Shown piece after piece: positions 14,332 through 27,500 of a stretch of DNA of 64,000 bases. How positions within the stretch are numbered: the stretch's first letter is position 1; each line of letters starts with the position of its first letter. A model generated the notes under the pieces. That model ran no database searches, was not told the DNA's origin, and was given only the letters and a program-made list of their open reading frames with translations. The stretch lies in NCBI GenBank assembly GCA_964016885.1, contig OZ024764.1, forward strand, positions 17,670,001 through 17,734,000, given 5' to 3'. This DNA comes from Eledone cirrhosa (taxonomy: Eukaryota). Position numbers and translations under genes: made by a program.

Positions 14332-14520
14332 CATATATATATATATTAGAATTGGTGCTCTGAAATAGCTATATATATATATGTATATATATATGTATAT
14401 ATAGTGTATTTTGCAATACACTGTATGCTTAATTAAAAGCATTTTGAAGACCTTACGCTATTATTTTAGAGTAATGACAGTGTCACTTACTTTAAATTTT
14501 CAGCAAACAGGGGGAGATAA

Positions 14521-14565
14521 AGCTGACAGAGCTCTGTTTCGTACTGATTGGTACTTATCAAAGCC
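14521..14565 (-). ncRNA. Hammerhead motif, U3-A8 core variant (family F, left arm)
   Basis: GGCU-UUGAUAA-GUAC(caauca)GUAC-GAA-ACAGAGCUCUGU-C/AGCU. Confidence 0.8.
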
Positions 14566-14642
14566 AAGTACTCCACCTGATTATTACTAGAATTCTATAA
14601 GAATCAAACATTCATGATTTTCGGCAAACAGGTGGAGTACTT

Positions 14643-14687
14643 GGCTTTGATAAGTACCAATCAGTATGAAACAGAGCTCTGTCAGCT
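14643..14687 (+). ncRNA. Hammerhead motif, U3-A8 core variant (family F, right arm)
   Basis: As the left arm with G-U at the stem II base; distal stem I ttttcggcaaacagg/cctgtttgctgaaaa (14617-14711). Confidence 0.78.
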
Positions 14688-14793
14688 TTATCTCCCCCTG
14701 TTTGCTGAAAATTTAAAGTAAGTGACACTGTCATTACTCTAAAATAATAGCGTAAGGTCTTCAATTTAGCATACAGTGTATTGCAAAATACAC

Positions 14794-14876
<83 letters not shown>

Positions 14877-14896
14877 GCGTGTGTGTGTGTGTGTGG

Positions 14897-14959
<63 letters not shown>

Positions 14960-14978
14960 GGTGTGTGTGTGTGTATAG

Positions 14979-15009
<31 letters not shown>

Positions 15010-15010
15010 G

Positions 15011-15061
<51 letters not shown>

Positions 15062-15101
15062 TGTGTGTGTATATATATATATATATGTGTGTGTGGGTGT
15101 G

Positions 15102-15135
<34 letters not shown>

Positions 15136-15155
15136 CGTGTATATATATATATATA

Positions 15156-15269
<114 letters not shown>

Positions 15270-15297
15270 AATATATATGTGTGTGTAGGTGTGTGTG

Positions 15298-15346
<49 letters not shown>

Positions 15347-15357
15347 GTGTGTGTGTG

Positions 15358-15398
<41 letters not shown>

Positions 15399-15408
15399 GT
15401 GTGTGTGG

Positions 15409-15459
<51 letters not shown>

Positions 15460-15531
15460 GGTGTGTGTGTGTGTATATATATATATGTGTGTGTGGGTGT
15501 GTGTGTGTATATATATATATGTGTGTGTGTA

Positions 15532-15758
<227 letters not shown>

Positions 15759-15759
15759 G

Positions 15760-15790
<31 letters not shown>

Positions 15791-15833
15791 ATATATATAT
15801 ATTCACACGAGGTTGCCTTCTGCTATATTCCAG

Positions 15834-15932
15834 GAAGCCCATAGAATCCATGGACCGCCCCACCTCCGCCGACCAGGAATCAGTCTCTGATGAAACCAAG
15901 GCAGGTTCGACCTACAGAGAGAGAGAACATAC
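15834..15932 (+). CDS. Putative coding exon D ([32 protein letters not shown])
   Basis: tattccAG acceptor, GTAAGT donor, 99 nt, phase 2-2. Confidence 0.72.
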
Positions 15933-15936
15933 GTAA

Positions 15937-15968
15937 GTGGTGGTGGTGGTGGTGGTGGGTGGTGCTGG

Positions 15969-15999
<31 letters not shown>

Positions 16000-16139
16000 G
16001 GTGGTGGTGTTGGTGGTGGTGGTGGTGGTGGTGGTGTTGGTGGTGGTGGTGGTGGTGGTGGTGGTGGTGGTGGTGGTGGTGGTGTTGGTGGTGGTGGTGG
16101 TGGTGGTGGTGGTGATGGTGGTGGTGGTGGTGGTGGTGG

Positions 16140-16170
<31 letters not shown>

Positions 16171-16182
16171 GGTGGTGGTGGT
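15937..16182. repeat. (GGT)n microsatellite
   Basis: Direct reading. Confidence 0.95.
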
Positions 16183-16265
16183 ATCATTACAAACATCATC
16201 ACCATCATGTTGCTATATATATATATATATGTGTAAATATATATATATATATATATGTGTGTGTA

Positions 16266-16299
<34 letters not shown>

Positions 16300-16489
16300 G
16301 GAACAAGTAAGACCCCGACGGCTGAGCTCAAGCCGTTTCGACGGCTAATTCTGTACTGAATTAGCCGTCGAAACGGCTTGAGCTCAGCCGTCGGGGTCGT
16401 ACTTGTTCCTATTACCCACTCTACTACCCTAAGTATTGAGTACTTTGGTGCGTTATGGTCCACCTGGTTCCTTACCACATTTCCTTCGT
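16300..16489 (+). mobile_element. Family A hairpin element
   Basis: Cleanest copy; ~52-bp arms around loop tgtact; (TA)n flanks. Confidence 0.85.
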
Positions 16490-16532
16490 TATAAATATAT
16501 ATATATATATATATAATATATATATATATATA

Positions 16533-16592
16533 CTCTTTTACCCTTTTACCTGATCCAGTCATCCGGCTGAGGCCATGCTGGGGCACCGCCCT
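16533..16592 (-). mobile_element. 3' tail of octopus-type SINE; related fragment at 43254-43290
   Basis: Minus strand ggcggtgccccagcatggcc...gtaaaagggtaaaagag, resembling the common octopus SINE tail as I recall it. Confidence 0.55.
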
Positions 16593-16629
16593 TGTTGCTA
16601 CACATTTTATCTCCAGCCTGTATAGGTTG

Positions 16630-17340
16630 GCCACTGGTGTAAGAGGGAGTTTGTTGCTGCTGCCCTTAGGTTTCCCTCGTGTCTTGCTGTGGGCTCATCC
16701 AGGATCCTGGATAACAAGGTGTCGAGATGTTTCTTGAAGACATCCACCTCCACGTCATGCAAATCTCTCAGATCTCTCGGCAGCTTGTTGAAGAGTTGAG
16801 GGCCCTTGAATCCCAGGCTATTGCAATACCTGCTCCTATTCTAGATGTGGGAGACGGGACCTTTGGCACCACACAGTGACGTCCTGTTTGACGGTTGGTG
16901 CAGCTCCAATGCCAAAGTTTGGTGCTAGTCCTCTCCAGATTTTCCACACGTAGATCACTGCGTATCTCTCCCGTCTTCGCTCCAAGGAGTAGAGGTTCAG
17001 TTCCTTTAGCCTCTCCCAGTAGCTTGTCTCCTTTATCGTGGAAATCCTCTTGGTGTAGCTTCGCTGATTGCCTCAAGCTCCGTGGTTAGTTTGACACTAT
17101 GGGGTGACCACAACTGGGAGCAGTCGTCCAGGCGGCTTAGGAGAAAAGTCCTCCACAGTGTCAACATGGTGTCTCGGTCTCTTGTCCAGAAAGTCTCAGA
17201 TCAGCCAGCGAGTCGTCTGCACATTGTCGCCACCTTCATGATGTGTGAGGAAAAAGATGCATCATCGCTCATGTCTATGCCCAGGTCTCGTATCGATTTT
17301 AACACGGGGATATCGGTCCCTCCAGGTCCTGTGTAGTTGT
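16630..17340 (-). mobile_element. 5'-truncated, degenerate CR1-group LINE ORF2 C-terminus
   Basis: Minus-strand peptides [46 protein letters not shown] and FNKLP..FKKHLD, with frameshifts. Confidence 0.85.
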
Positions 17341-17364
17341 GTTGTACTATATTTATATATATAT

Positions 17365-17409
<45 letters not shown>

Positions 17410-17420
17410 TATATATATAT

Positions 17421-17477
<57 letters not shown>

Positions 17478-17492
17478 TATATATATATTATA

Positions 17493-17543
<51 letters not shown>

Positions 17544-17556
17544 ATATATATATGTG

Positions 17557-17594
<38 letters not shown>

Positions 17595-17616
17595 GTGTGT
17601 GTATATATATATATAT

Positions 17617-17809
17617 GAACAAGTAGGACCCGACGGCTGAGCTCCAAGCCGTTCTCGACGGCTAATTCTGAGTCCAGAATTAGCCATCGAAACGGCTTGA
17701 GCTCCAGCCGTCCGGGGTCCTACTCGTTCATATACCCACTCTAATACCCTAAGTATTGAGTACTCTGGTGCGTTATGGTCCACCTGGTTCCTTACCACAT
17801 TTCTTTCAT
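17617..17809 (+). mobile_element. Family A hairpin element (diverged)
   Basis: Homologous to 16300-16489. Confidence 0.8.
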
Positions 17810-17834
17810 TATATATATATGTATATATATATAT

Positions 17835-18160
17835 ACAATATATTAATAAATGGAAACTATATTTATAAAACCATATTTATTTTATTATACATATTTCAAG
17901 GGCGACCAAGGCAAATTATGGTGCGCTTTCATCAGATAAAATACAAATTATGTTTCATAAATAAATATTGACATATCCGGAAAAAAGACAACCTTAACGG
18001 TTGGAGCTTCTGGATAGTGGTGGCCCTTGAAATATGTATAATAAAATAAATATGGTTTTATAAATATAGTTTTCATATATTAATTATATTGTGTATTTAC
18101 TCCACTAGTTATGTTGAGTGGTTTATATCAGTTATAATAATTTTAAAGCTTGTTGACCTT
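17835..18160. mobile_element. Family D (TA)n-associated element with internal inverted repeat; relatives at 42235-42485 and 54200-54370
   Basis: 17842-17902 mirrors 18023-18084; the same terminus forms a near-perfect palindrome at 54270-54370. Confidence 0.65.
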
Positions 18161-18334
18161 CTTATACTCCTCCCCCACCATTCTTTACTCTCATCTCCTC
18201 CTCTTCCTTACCTTTTCCAATCCCCCCCCCCCCCCGTCCTCACTTTTTCCCAATCTCATACATCAATCTTAAATTATTTTTCATATGTTGATTTAAAACT
18301 TCACTATTCACAAGTGCTTTTTAAGCTTCATATC

Positions 18335-18534
18335 NNNNNNNNNNNNNNNNNNNNNNNNNNNNNNNNNNNNNNNNNNNNNNNNNNNNNNNNNNNNNNNNNN
18401 NNNNNNNNNNNNNNNNNNNNNNNNNNNNNNNNNNNNNNNNNNNNNNNNNNNNNNNNNNNNNNNNNNNNNNNNNNNNNNNNNNNNNNNNNNNNNNNNNNNN
18501 NNNNNNNNNNNNNNNNNNNNNNNNNNNNNNNNNN
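18335..18534. other. Assembly gap (200 N)
   Basis: Fixed-length N run; contiguity across it is not established. Confidence 0.99.
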
Positions 18535-21500
18535 AAAACAGCATCGTAAATGACTAAAATGCCTCTAAAATGGCTAAAACTGCCTCATGAAGGACTAAAA
18601 TGGCAAAAACTGCCTCATAAAGGACTAAAATGATTCTAAAATGGCTAAAATGGCATCATAAATGACTGAAACGGCAAACTTAATGAATAAATGCCTCTAA
18701 AATGTGTAAAACGACATCATAAATGACGGAAATGACTCTAAAAGGGCTAAAACCGACCCATAAACGACTAAAATGACTTTAAAACGGCTAAAGCTGCATC
18801 ATAAATGACTAAAATGGCTAAATCCGTATCGTAAATAACTAAAACGACTCTAAATCGGCTAAAACTGCCTCATAAAGAACTAAAATGACTCTACAATGGC
18901 TAAAACGACATCATAAATGACTAAAATGACTCTAAAATGGCTAAAACCGCATTATAAATGACTAAAATGGCTAAATCCGCATCATAAATGACTAAAATGG
19001 CTAAAACCGCATCGTAAATGACTAAAATGACTCATAGATGGCTAAAACAGCATCGTAAATGACTAAAATGACCCTAAAAATGTCTAAAACGTGGTATAAA
19101 TGACTAAAATGACTCTAAAATGGCTAAAACAGAATCATAAATGACTAAATTGACCCTAAAATTGGCTAAAACGGTATATAAATGACGAAAATGACTCTAA
19201 ATGGGCTAAAACCGCCCCATAAAGGACTAAAATGACTCTAAAATGGCTAAAACCGCAACATAAATGACTAAAACGGCATCATAAATGAATAAATCCCTCT
19301 AAAATGGCGAGAACTACATCATAAATGACTATAATGGGTCTTAAATCGCTAAAACAGCATCGTAAATGACTAAAATGACTCTAAAATGGCTAAAACTGCC
19401 TCATAAAGAACTAAAATGACTCTAAAATGGCTAAAACGGCATCATAAATGACTAAACTGACCCTAAAATGTCTAAAACGGTGTAGAAATGACGAAAATGT
19501 CTCTAAAATTGCTTAAACGGCCTCATAAAGACTAAAATGACACTAAAACGGTTAAAACGTCATCATAAATGACTAAAATGACTCTAAAATGGCTGAAACA
19601 GCATTATAAATGACTGAAATGGCTAAAACCGCATCATAAATGACTAAAATGGCTAAAACCGCATCGTAAATGACTAAAATAACTCTTAGATGGCTTAAAC
19701 AGCATTGTAAATGACTAAAATGACCCTAAAATGTCTAAAACTTTGTATAAATGATTAAACTGACTCTAAAATGGCTAAAAAAGCATCATAAATGACTAAA
19801 TTGACCCTAAAAGTGGCTAAAACGGTATATAAATGACGAAAATGACTCTAAATGGGCTAAAACCGCAACATAAATGACTAAAACGGCATCATAAATGAAT
19901 AAATCCCTCTAAAACTGCGAGAACTACATCATAAATGACTATAATGGGTCTTAAATCGCTAAAACAGCATCGTAAATGACTAAAATGCCTCTAAAATAGC
20001 TAAAACTGCCTCATAAAGGACTAAAATGACTTTAAAATGGCTAAAACTGCATTATAAATGACTAAAATGGCTAAAACCGCATCGTAAATGACTAAAATAA
20101 CTCTTAGATGGCTAAAACAGCATTGTAAATGACTAAAATGACCCTAAAATGTCTAAAACTTTGTATAAATGACTAAAATGACTCTAAAATGGCTAAAAAA
20201 GCATCATAAATGACTAAATTGACCCTAAAAGTGGCTAAAACGGTATATAAATGACGAAAATGACTCTAAATGGGCTAAAACCGCAACATAAATGACTAAA
20301 ACGGCATCATAAATGAATAAATCCCTCTAAAATGGCGAGAACTACATCATAAATGACTATAATGGGTCTTAAATCGCTAAAACAGCATCATAAATGACTA
20401 AAATGCCTCTAAAATGGCTAAAACTGCCTCATGAAGGACTAAAATGGCAAAAACTGCCTCATAAAGGACTAAAATGATTCTAAAATGGCTAAAATGGCAT
20501 CATAAATGACTGAAACGGCAAACTAAATGAATAAATGCCTCTAAAATGTCTAAAACGAGATCATAAATGACGCAAATGACTCTAAAAGGGCTAAAACCGC
20601 CCCATTAAGGACTAAAATGACTTTAAAACGGCTAAAACTGCATCATAAATGACTAAAATGGCTAAATCCGCATCGTAAATAACTAAAACGACTCTAAATC
20701 GGCTAGAACTGCCTCATAAAGAACTAAAATGACTCTACAATGGCTAAAACGGCATCATAAATGACTAAAATGACTCTAAAATGGCTAAAACCGCATTATA
20801 AATGACTAAAATGGCTAAAACCACATCGTAAATGACTAAAATGACTCTTAGATGGCTAAAACAGCATCGTAAATGACTAAAATGACCCTAAAATGTCTAA
20901 AACGACATCATAAATGACTAAAATGACTCTAAAATGGCTAAAAAAGCATCATAAATGACTATATTGACCCTAAAAGTGGCTAAAACGGTATATAAATGAC
21001 GAAAATGACTCTAAATGGGCTAAAACCGCAACATAAATGACTAAAACGGCATCATAAATGAATAAATCCCTCAAAAATGGCGAGAACTACATCATAAATG
21101 ACTATAATGGGTCTTAAATCGCTAAAACAGCATCGTAAATGACTAAAATGCCTCTAAAATGGCCAAAATTGTCTCATGAAGGACAGAAATGGCAAAAACT
21201 GCCTCATAAAAGACTAAAATGACTTTAAAATGGCTAAAACTGCATCATAAATGACTAAAATGGCTAAAACCGCATCGTAAATGACTAAAACGACTCTAAA
21301 ATGGCTAAAACTGCCTCATAAATAACTAAAATGACTCTAAAATGGCTAAAACGGCATCATAAATGACTAAACTGCCCCTAAAATGTCTAAAACGGTGTAG
21401 AAATGAGGTAAATGCCTCTACAATTGCTTAAACGGCCTCATAAAGACTCAAATGACACTAAAATGGCTAAAACGGCATCATAAATGACTAAAATGACTCT

Positions 21501-24500
21501 AAAGTGGCTGAAACAGCATTATAAATGACTGAAATGGCTAAAACCGCATCATAAATGACTAAAATGGCTCAAACCGCATCGTAAATGACTAAAATGACTC
21601 TTAGATGGCTAAAACAGCATCGTAAATGACTAAAATGACCCTAAAATGTCTAAAACGGTGTATAAATGACGAAAATGACTCTACATTGGCTAAAACCGCA
21701 TCATTATTGACTTAAATGGCTAAAACGGCGTCGTAAATGAATATAACGACTCTAAAATGGCTAAAACTGCATCATAAAGGACTAAAATGGCTAAAACCGC
21801 ATCATAAATGACTAAAATGGCTAAAACCGCATCGTAAATGGCTAAAATGACTCTTAGATGGCTAAAACCGCATCGTAAATGACTAAAATGACCCTAAAAT
21901 GTCTAAAACGGTGTACAAATGAGGAAATTGCCTCTACAATTGCTTAAACGGCCTCATAAAGACTAAAATGACACTAAAATGGCTAAAACGGCATCATAAA
22001 TGACTAAAATGACTCTAAAATGGCTGAAACAGCATTATAAATGACTGAAATGGCTAAAACCGCATCATAAATGACTAAAATGGCTAAAACCGCATTGTAA
22101 ATGACTAAAATGACTCTTAGATGGCTAAAACAGCATCGTAAATGACTAAAATGACCCTAAAACGTCTAAAACTGTGTACAAATGACTAAAATGAGTCTAA
22201 AATGGCTAGAACAGCATCATAAATGACTAAAATGAGCCTAAAAGTGGCTAAAACGGTATATAAATTATGAAAATTACTCTACAATGGATAAAACGGCATC
22301 AGAAATGACTAAAATGATTCTTATACGGATAAAACTGCCTCATAAATGACTGAAACGGCAAAATAAATGAATAAATGCCTCTAAAATGTCTAAAACGACA
22401 TCATAAATGACGAAAATGACTCTAAAATTGCTAAAGCCGCCCCATAAAGGACTAAAAAGACTCTAAAACTGCTAAAACCGCATCATAAATGACTAAAATG
22501 GCTAAAACCGCATCGTAAATGACTAAAATGACTCTTAGATGACTAAAACGGCATCGTAAATGACTAAACTGACCCTAAAATGGGTAAAAGAGCATCATAA
22601 ATGACTAAAATGACCCTCACAGTGGCTAAAACGGTATATAAATGATGAAAATTACTCGAGAATGGATAAAACGGCATCAGAAATGACTAAAATGATTCTT
22701 ATAGGGCTAAAACAGCATCGTAAATGTGTAAAATGAGCCTGAAATGACTAAAACGGTGTATAAATGACGAAAATGACTCTACATTGGCTAAAACCGCATC
22801 ATAATTGACTAAAATGGCTAAAACGGCGTCGTAAATGAATATAACGATTCTAAAATGGCTAAAACTGCCTCATAAAGGACTAAAAAGACTTTCAAATGGC
22901 TATAACGGCATCATAAATGACTGAAACGGCAAAATAAATTAATACATTCCTCTAAAATGTCTAATACGACATCATGAATAACGAAAATGATTCTAAAAGG
23001 GCTAAAACCGCCCCATAAAGGACTAAAATGACTCTAAAATAGCTAAAACCGTTTCATAAATGACTAAAATGGCTAAAACCGCGTCATGAATGACTAAAAT
23101 GACTAAAACAGCATTGTTAATGATTAAAACGACTCTAAGATGGCTAAAACTGCCTCATAAAGGACTAAAATGACTCTTAAATGGCTAAAACAGCATTATA
23201 AATGGCTAAAATGACCCTGAAAATTGCCAAAACGGTATATAAATGAGGGAAATGTCTTTAAAATGGATAAAACGGCATCAGAAATGACTAAAATGCCTCT
23301 TAGGTCGATAAAACCGCATCATAAATGACTAAAATGGCTAAAACCGCATCTTAAATGACTAAAGTGACTCTAAAAGGGCTAAAACCGCATCATAAAGGAC
23401 TAAAATGGCTTAAACAGCATCGAAAGTGACTAAAATGACTTTAAAATGGCTAAAACCGCATCATAAATCACTAAAACGGCAAAATAAATGAATAAATGCG
23501 TTTAAAATGCTTAAAACGACATCATAAATGACTAAAACAACTCTAAAATGTAGAAAATTGCCTTATAAAGAACTAAAATGACCCTTAAGATGTCTAAAAC
23601 GGTTATAAATGACGAAAATGACCCTAAAATTGCTAAATTGGCCTCATAAAGGACTAACATTACTCTAAAATGGCTAAAACGGCATCATAAATCACTAAAA
23701 TGACTCTACATTGGCTAAAACCGCATCATACATCACTAAAATAGCTAAAACCGCTTCGTAAATGGATATAACGACTCTAAAATGGCTAAAACTGCCTCAT
23801 AAAGGACGAAAATGACTTCAAAATGGCTAAAACGACATCATAAATGACGAAAATGATTCTAAAAGGGGCTAAAACCGCGCCATAAAGGACTAAATTGACT
23901 CTAAAATAGCTAAAACCGTTTCATAAATGAGTAAAATGGCTAAAACCGCGTCATGGATGACTAAAATGGCTAAAACCGCATTGTAAATTACTAAAACGTC
24001 TCTAAAATGGCTAAAGCTGCCTCATAAAGGACTAAAGTGACTCTAAAATTAATAAAACGGCCTTATCAAAAACTAAAATGACACTAAAATGGCTAAAACA
24101 GAATCATAAATGACTAAAATGACCCTGAAAATGGCTAAAACGGTATATAAATGAGGGAAATAACTCTAAAATGGATAAAACGGCATCAGAAATGACTAAA
24201 ATAACTCTTAGATGGATAAAACCGCATCATAAATAACTAAAACAGCATCAGAAATGAATAAATGCCTCTAAAATGGTTAGAACTACATCATAAATGACTA
24301 TAATGGGTCTTAACTCGCTAATACAGCATCGTAAATGACTAAAATGCCTCTAAAATGGCGCAAAGAGCATCATCAATGAATAAAATGACTCTAAAATGGC
24401 TAAAACGGCATCAAAAGTAACTAAAATGACACTGAAAGGGCTAAAACCGCATCATAAATATCTAAAACTGCAAAATAAATGAATAAGTGCCTCTAAAATG

Positions 24501-27500
24501 CCTAAAACACATCATAAATGACAGAAACAACTCTAAAATAGCTAAAACCGCATCGTAAATGGCTAAACTGACTCTAAAATGGCTAAAACTGCTTCATAAA
24601 GGACTAAAATAACCCTGAAAATGTCTAAAACGGTGTATAAATGACGAAAATGACTCTAAAATTGCTAAAACGGCCTCATAAAGGACTAAAATGACACTAA
24701 AATAGCTAAAACGGCATCTTAAATGACTAAAATGACTCCAAAATGGCTAAAGCCGCATTATAAATGACTAAAATGGCTAAAACCGCATCATGAATGGCTA
24801 AAATGGCTAAAACCGCATCGTAAATGACTAAAACGACTCTAAAATGGCTAAAACTGGCTCATAAAGGACTAAAATGACTCTAAAATGGCTAAAACGACAT
24901 CAGAAATGACTAAAATGACTCTTAGATGGCTAAAACAGCATCGTAAGTGACTGAAATGACCCTAAAATATCTAAAACGGTGTATAAATGACTGAAATGAC
25001 TCTAAAAGGGCTAAACCCGCCCCAGAAAGGACTGAAATGACTCTAAAATAGCTAAAACCGTTTCATAAATGACTAAAATGGCTAAAACCGCACCATTAAT
25101 AACTAAAATGGCTAAAACGGAATCATAAACGACTAAACTGACACTAAAATGGCTAAAACAGCATCATAAATGACTAAAGTGACCCTAAAAATGGCTAAAA
25201 CGGTATATAAATGAGGAAAATGGGTCTAAAATGTATAAAACGGTATTAGTCATGACTAAAATGACTCGTAGATGGATAAAGCCGCATCATGAATGACTAA
25301 AATGGCTAAAACCGCATCTTCAATGACTAAAGTGCCTCTAAAGTGGCTAAAGCCGCATCGTAATTGGCTAAAATGACTCGAAAATGGCTAAAACCGTCTC
25401 ATAAATGACTGAAATGTCGCTAAAATGCCTAAAACAGCATTATAAATGACTAAAATGACCCTGAAAATGGCTAAAACCGTATATAAATGAGGGAAATGTC
25501 TCTAAAATGGATAAAAGGGCATCAGAAATGACTAAAATGCCTCTTAGATCGATAAAACCGCATCATAGATGACTAAAATGGCTAAAACCGCATCTTAAAT
25601 GACTAAAGTGACTCTAAAAAAGCTAAAACCGCATCATAAAGGACTAAAATGGCTTAAAAAGCATCAAAAATGACTAAAATGACTTTAAAATGGCTAAAAC
25701 CGCATCATAAATGACTAAAACGGCAAAATAAATGAATAAATGCGTTTAAAATGCTTAAAACGACATCATAAATGACTAAAACAACTCTAAAATAGCGAAA
25801 ACTGCCTCATAAAGAACTAAAATAACCCTTAAGATGTCTAAAACGGTTATAAATGACGAAAATGACCCAAAGATTGCTAAACCGGCCTCATAAAGGACTA
25901 ACATTACTCTAAAATGGCTAAAACGGCATTATAAATGACTAAAATGACTCTACATTGACTAAAACCGCATCATACATCACTAAAATAGCTAAAACCGCGT
26001 CGTAAATGGATATAACGACTCTAAAATGGCTAAAACTGCCTCATAAAGGACGAAAATGATTCAAAATGGCTAAAACGACATCATAAATGACGAAAATGAT
26101 TCTAAAAGGGCTAAAACCGCGCCATAAAGGACTAAAATGACTCTAAAATAGCTAAAACCGTTTCATAAATGAGTAAAATGGCTAAAACCGCGTCATGAAT
26201 GACTAAAATGGCTAAAACCGCATTGTAAATTACTAAAACGTCTCTAAAATGGCTAAAGCTGCCTCATAAAGGACTAAAATGACTCTAAAATTGCTAAAAC
26301 GGCCTTATCAAAAACTAAAATGACTCTAAAATGGCTAAAACAGAATCATAAATGACTAAAATGACCCTGAAAATGGCTAAAACGGTATATAAATGAGGGA
26401 AATGACTCTAAAATAGATAAAACGGCATCAGAAATGACTAAAATGGCTAAAACCGCATTGTAAATTACTAAAACGACTCTAAAATGGCTAAAACTGCCTC
26501 ATAAAGGACTAAAATGACTCTAAAATTGCTAAAACGGCCTTATAAAAAACTAAAATGACTCTAACGTGGCTAAAACAGAATCATAAATGACTAAAATGAA
26601 CCTGAAAATGGCTAAAACGGTATATAAATGAGGGAAATGACTCTAAAATAGATACAACGGCATCAGAAATGACTAAAATCGCATAATAAATGAATAAATC
26701 CCTCTAAAATGGTTAAAACTACGTCATAAATGACTATAATGGGTCTTCACTCGCTAAAACAACATCGTAAATGACTAAAATGCCTCTAAAATGGCGCAAA
26801 GGGCATCATCAATGAATAAAATGACTCTAAAATGGCTAAAACCGTCTCATTAAGGACTAAAATGACTCTAAAATGGCTAAAACGGCATCAAAAATAACTA
26901 AAATGACTCTGAAAGGGCTAAAACCGGATCATAAATGTCGAAAACTGCAAAATAAATGAATAAGTGCCTCTAAAATGCCTAAAACACATCATAAATGACT
27001 AAAACAACTCTTCAATGGCTAAAACCGCATTGTAAATGGCTAAAATGACTCTAAAATGGCTAAAACCGCCTCATAAAGGACTAAAATGACACTAAAATGG
27101 CTAAAACGGCATCTAAAATAACTAAGATGACTCCAAAATGGCTAAAACCGCATCATAAATGACTAAAATGGCTAAAACCGCATCATGAATGACTAAAATG
27201 GCTAAAACCGCATCGTAAATGACTAAAACGACTCTAAAATGGCTAAAACTGCCTCATAAAGGACTAAAATGACTTTAAAATGGCTAAAACGGCATCATAA
27301 ATAACTAAAATGACTCTTAGATGGCTAAAACAGCATCGTAAATGACTGAAATGACCCTAAAATGTCTAAAACGGTGTATAAATGACTAAAATGACTCTAA
27401 AAGGGCTAAACCCGCCCCATAAGGGACTAAAATGACTCTAAAATAGCTAAAACCGTTTCATAAATGACTAAAATGGCTAAAACCGCATCATTAATAACTA

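Larger units (their letters stand above)
14399..14796. mobile_element. Fold-back element family F with ~170-bp inverted arms, each with a hammerhead
   Basis: 14399-14579 mirrors 14629-14796; ~50-bp spacer; (TA)n flanks. Confidence 0.8.

Noticed and set aside
15882-15920. CTGATGA-AACC/GGTT hairpin resembling a hammerhead
   Set aside because: No GAAA or stem III; lies within predicted exon D.
17905-17965. Hammerhead in family D (minus strand GAAAGCGC)
   Set aside because: No properly placed CUGANGA core or stem II in either copy.
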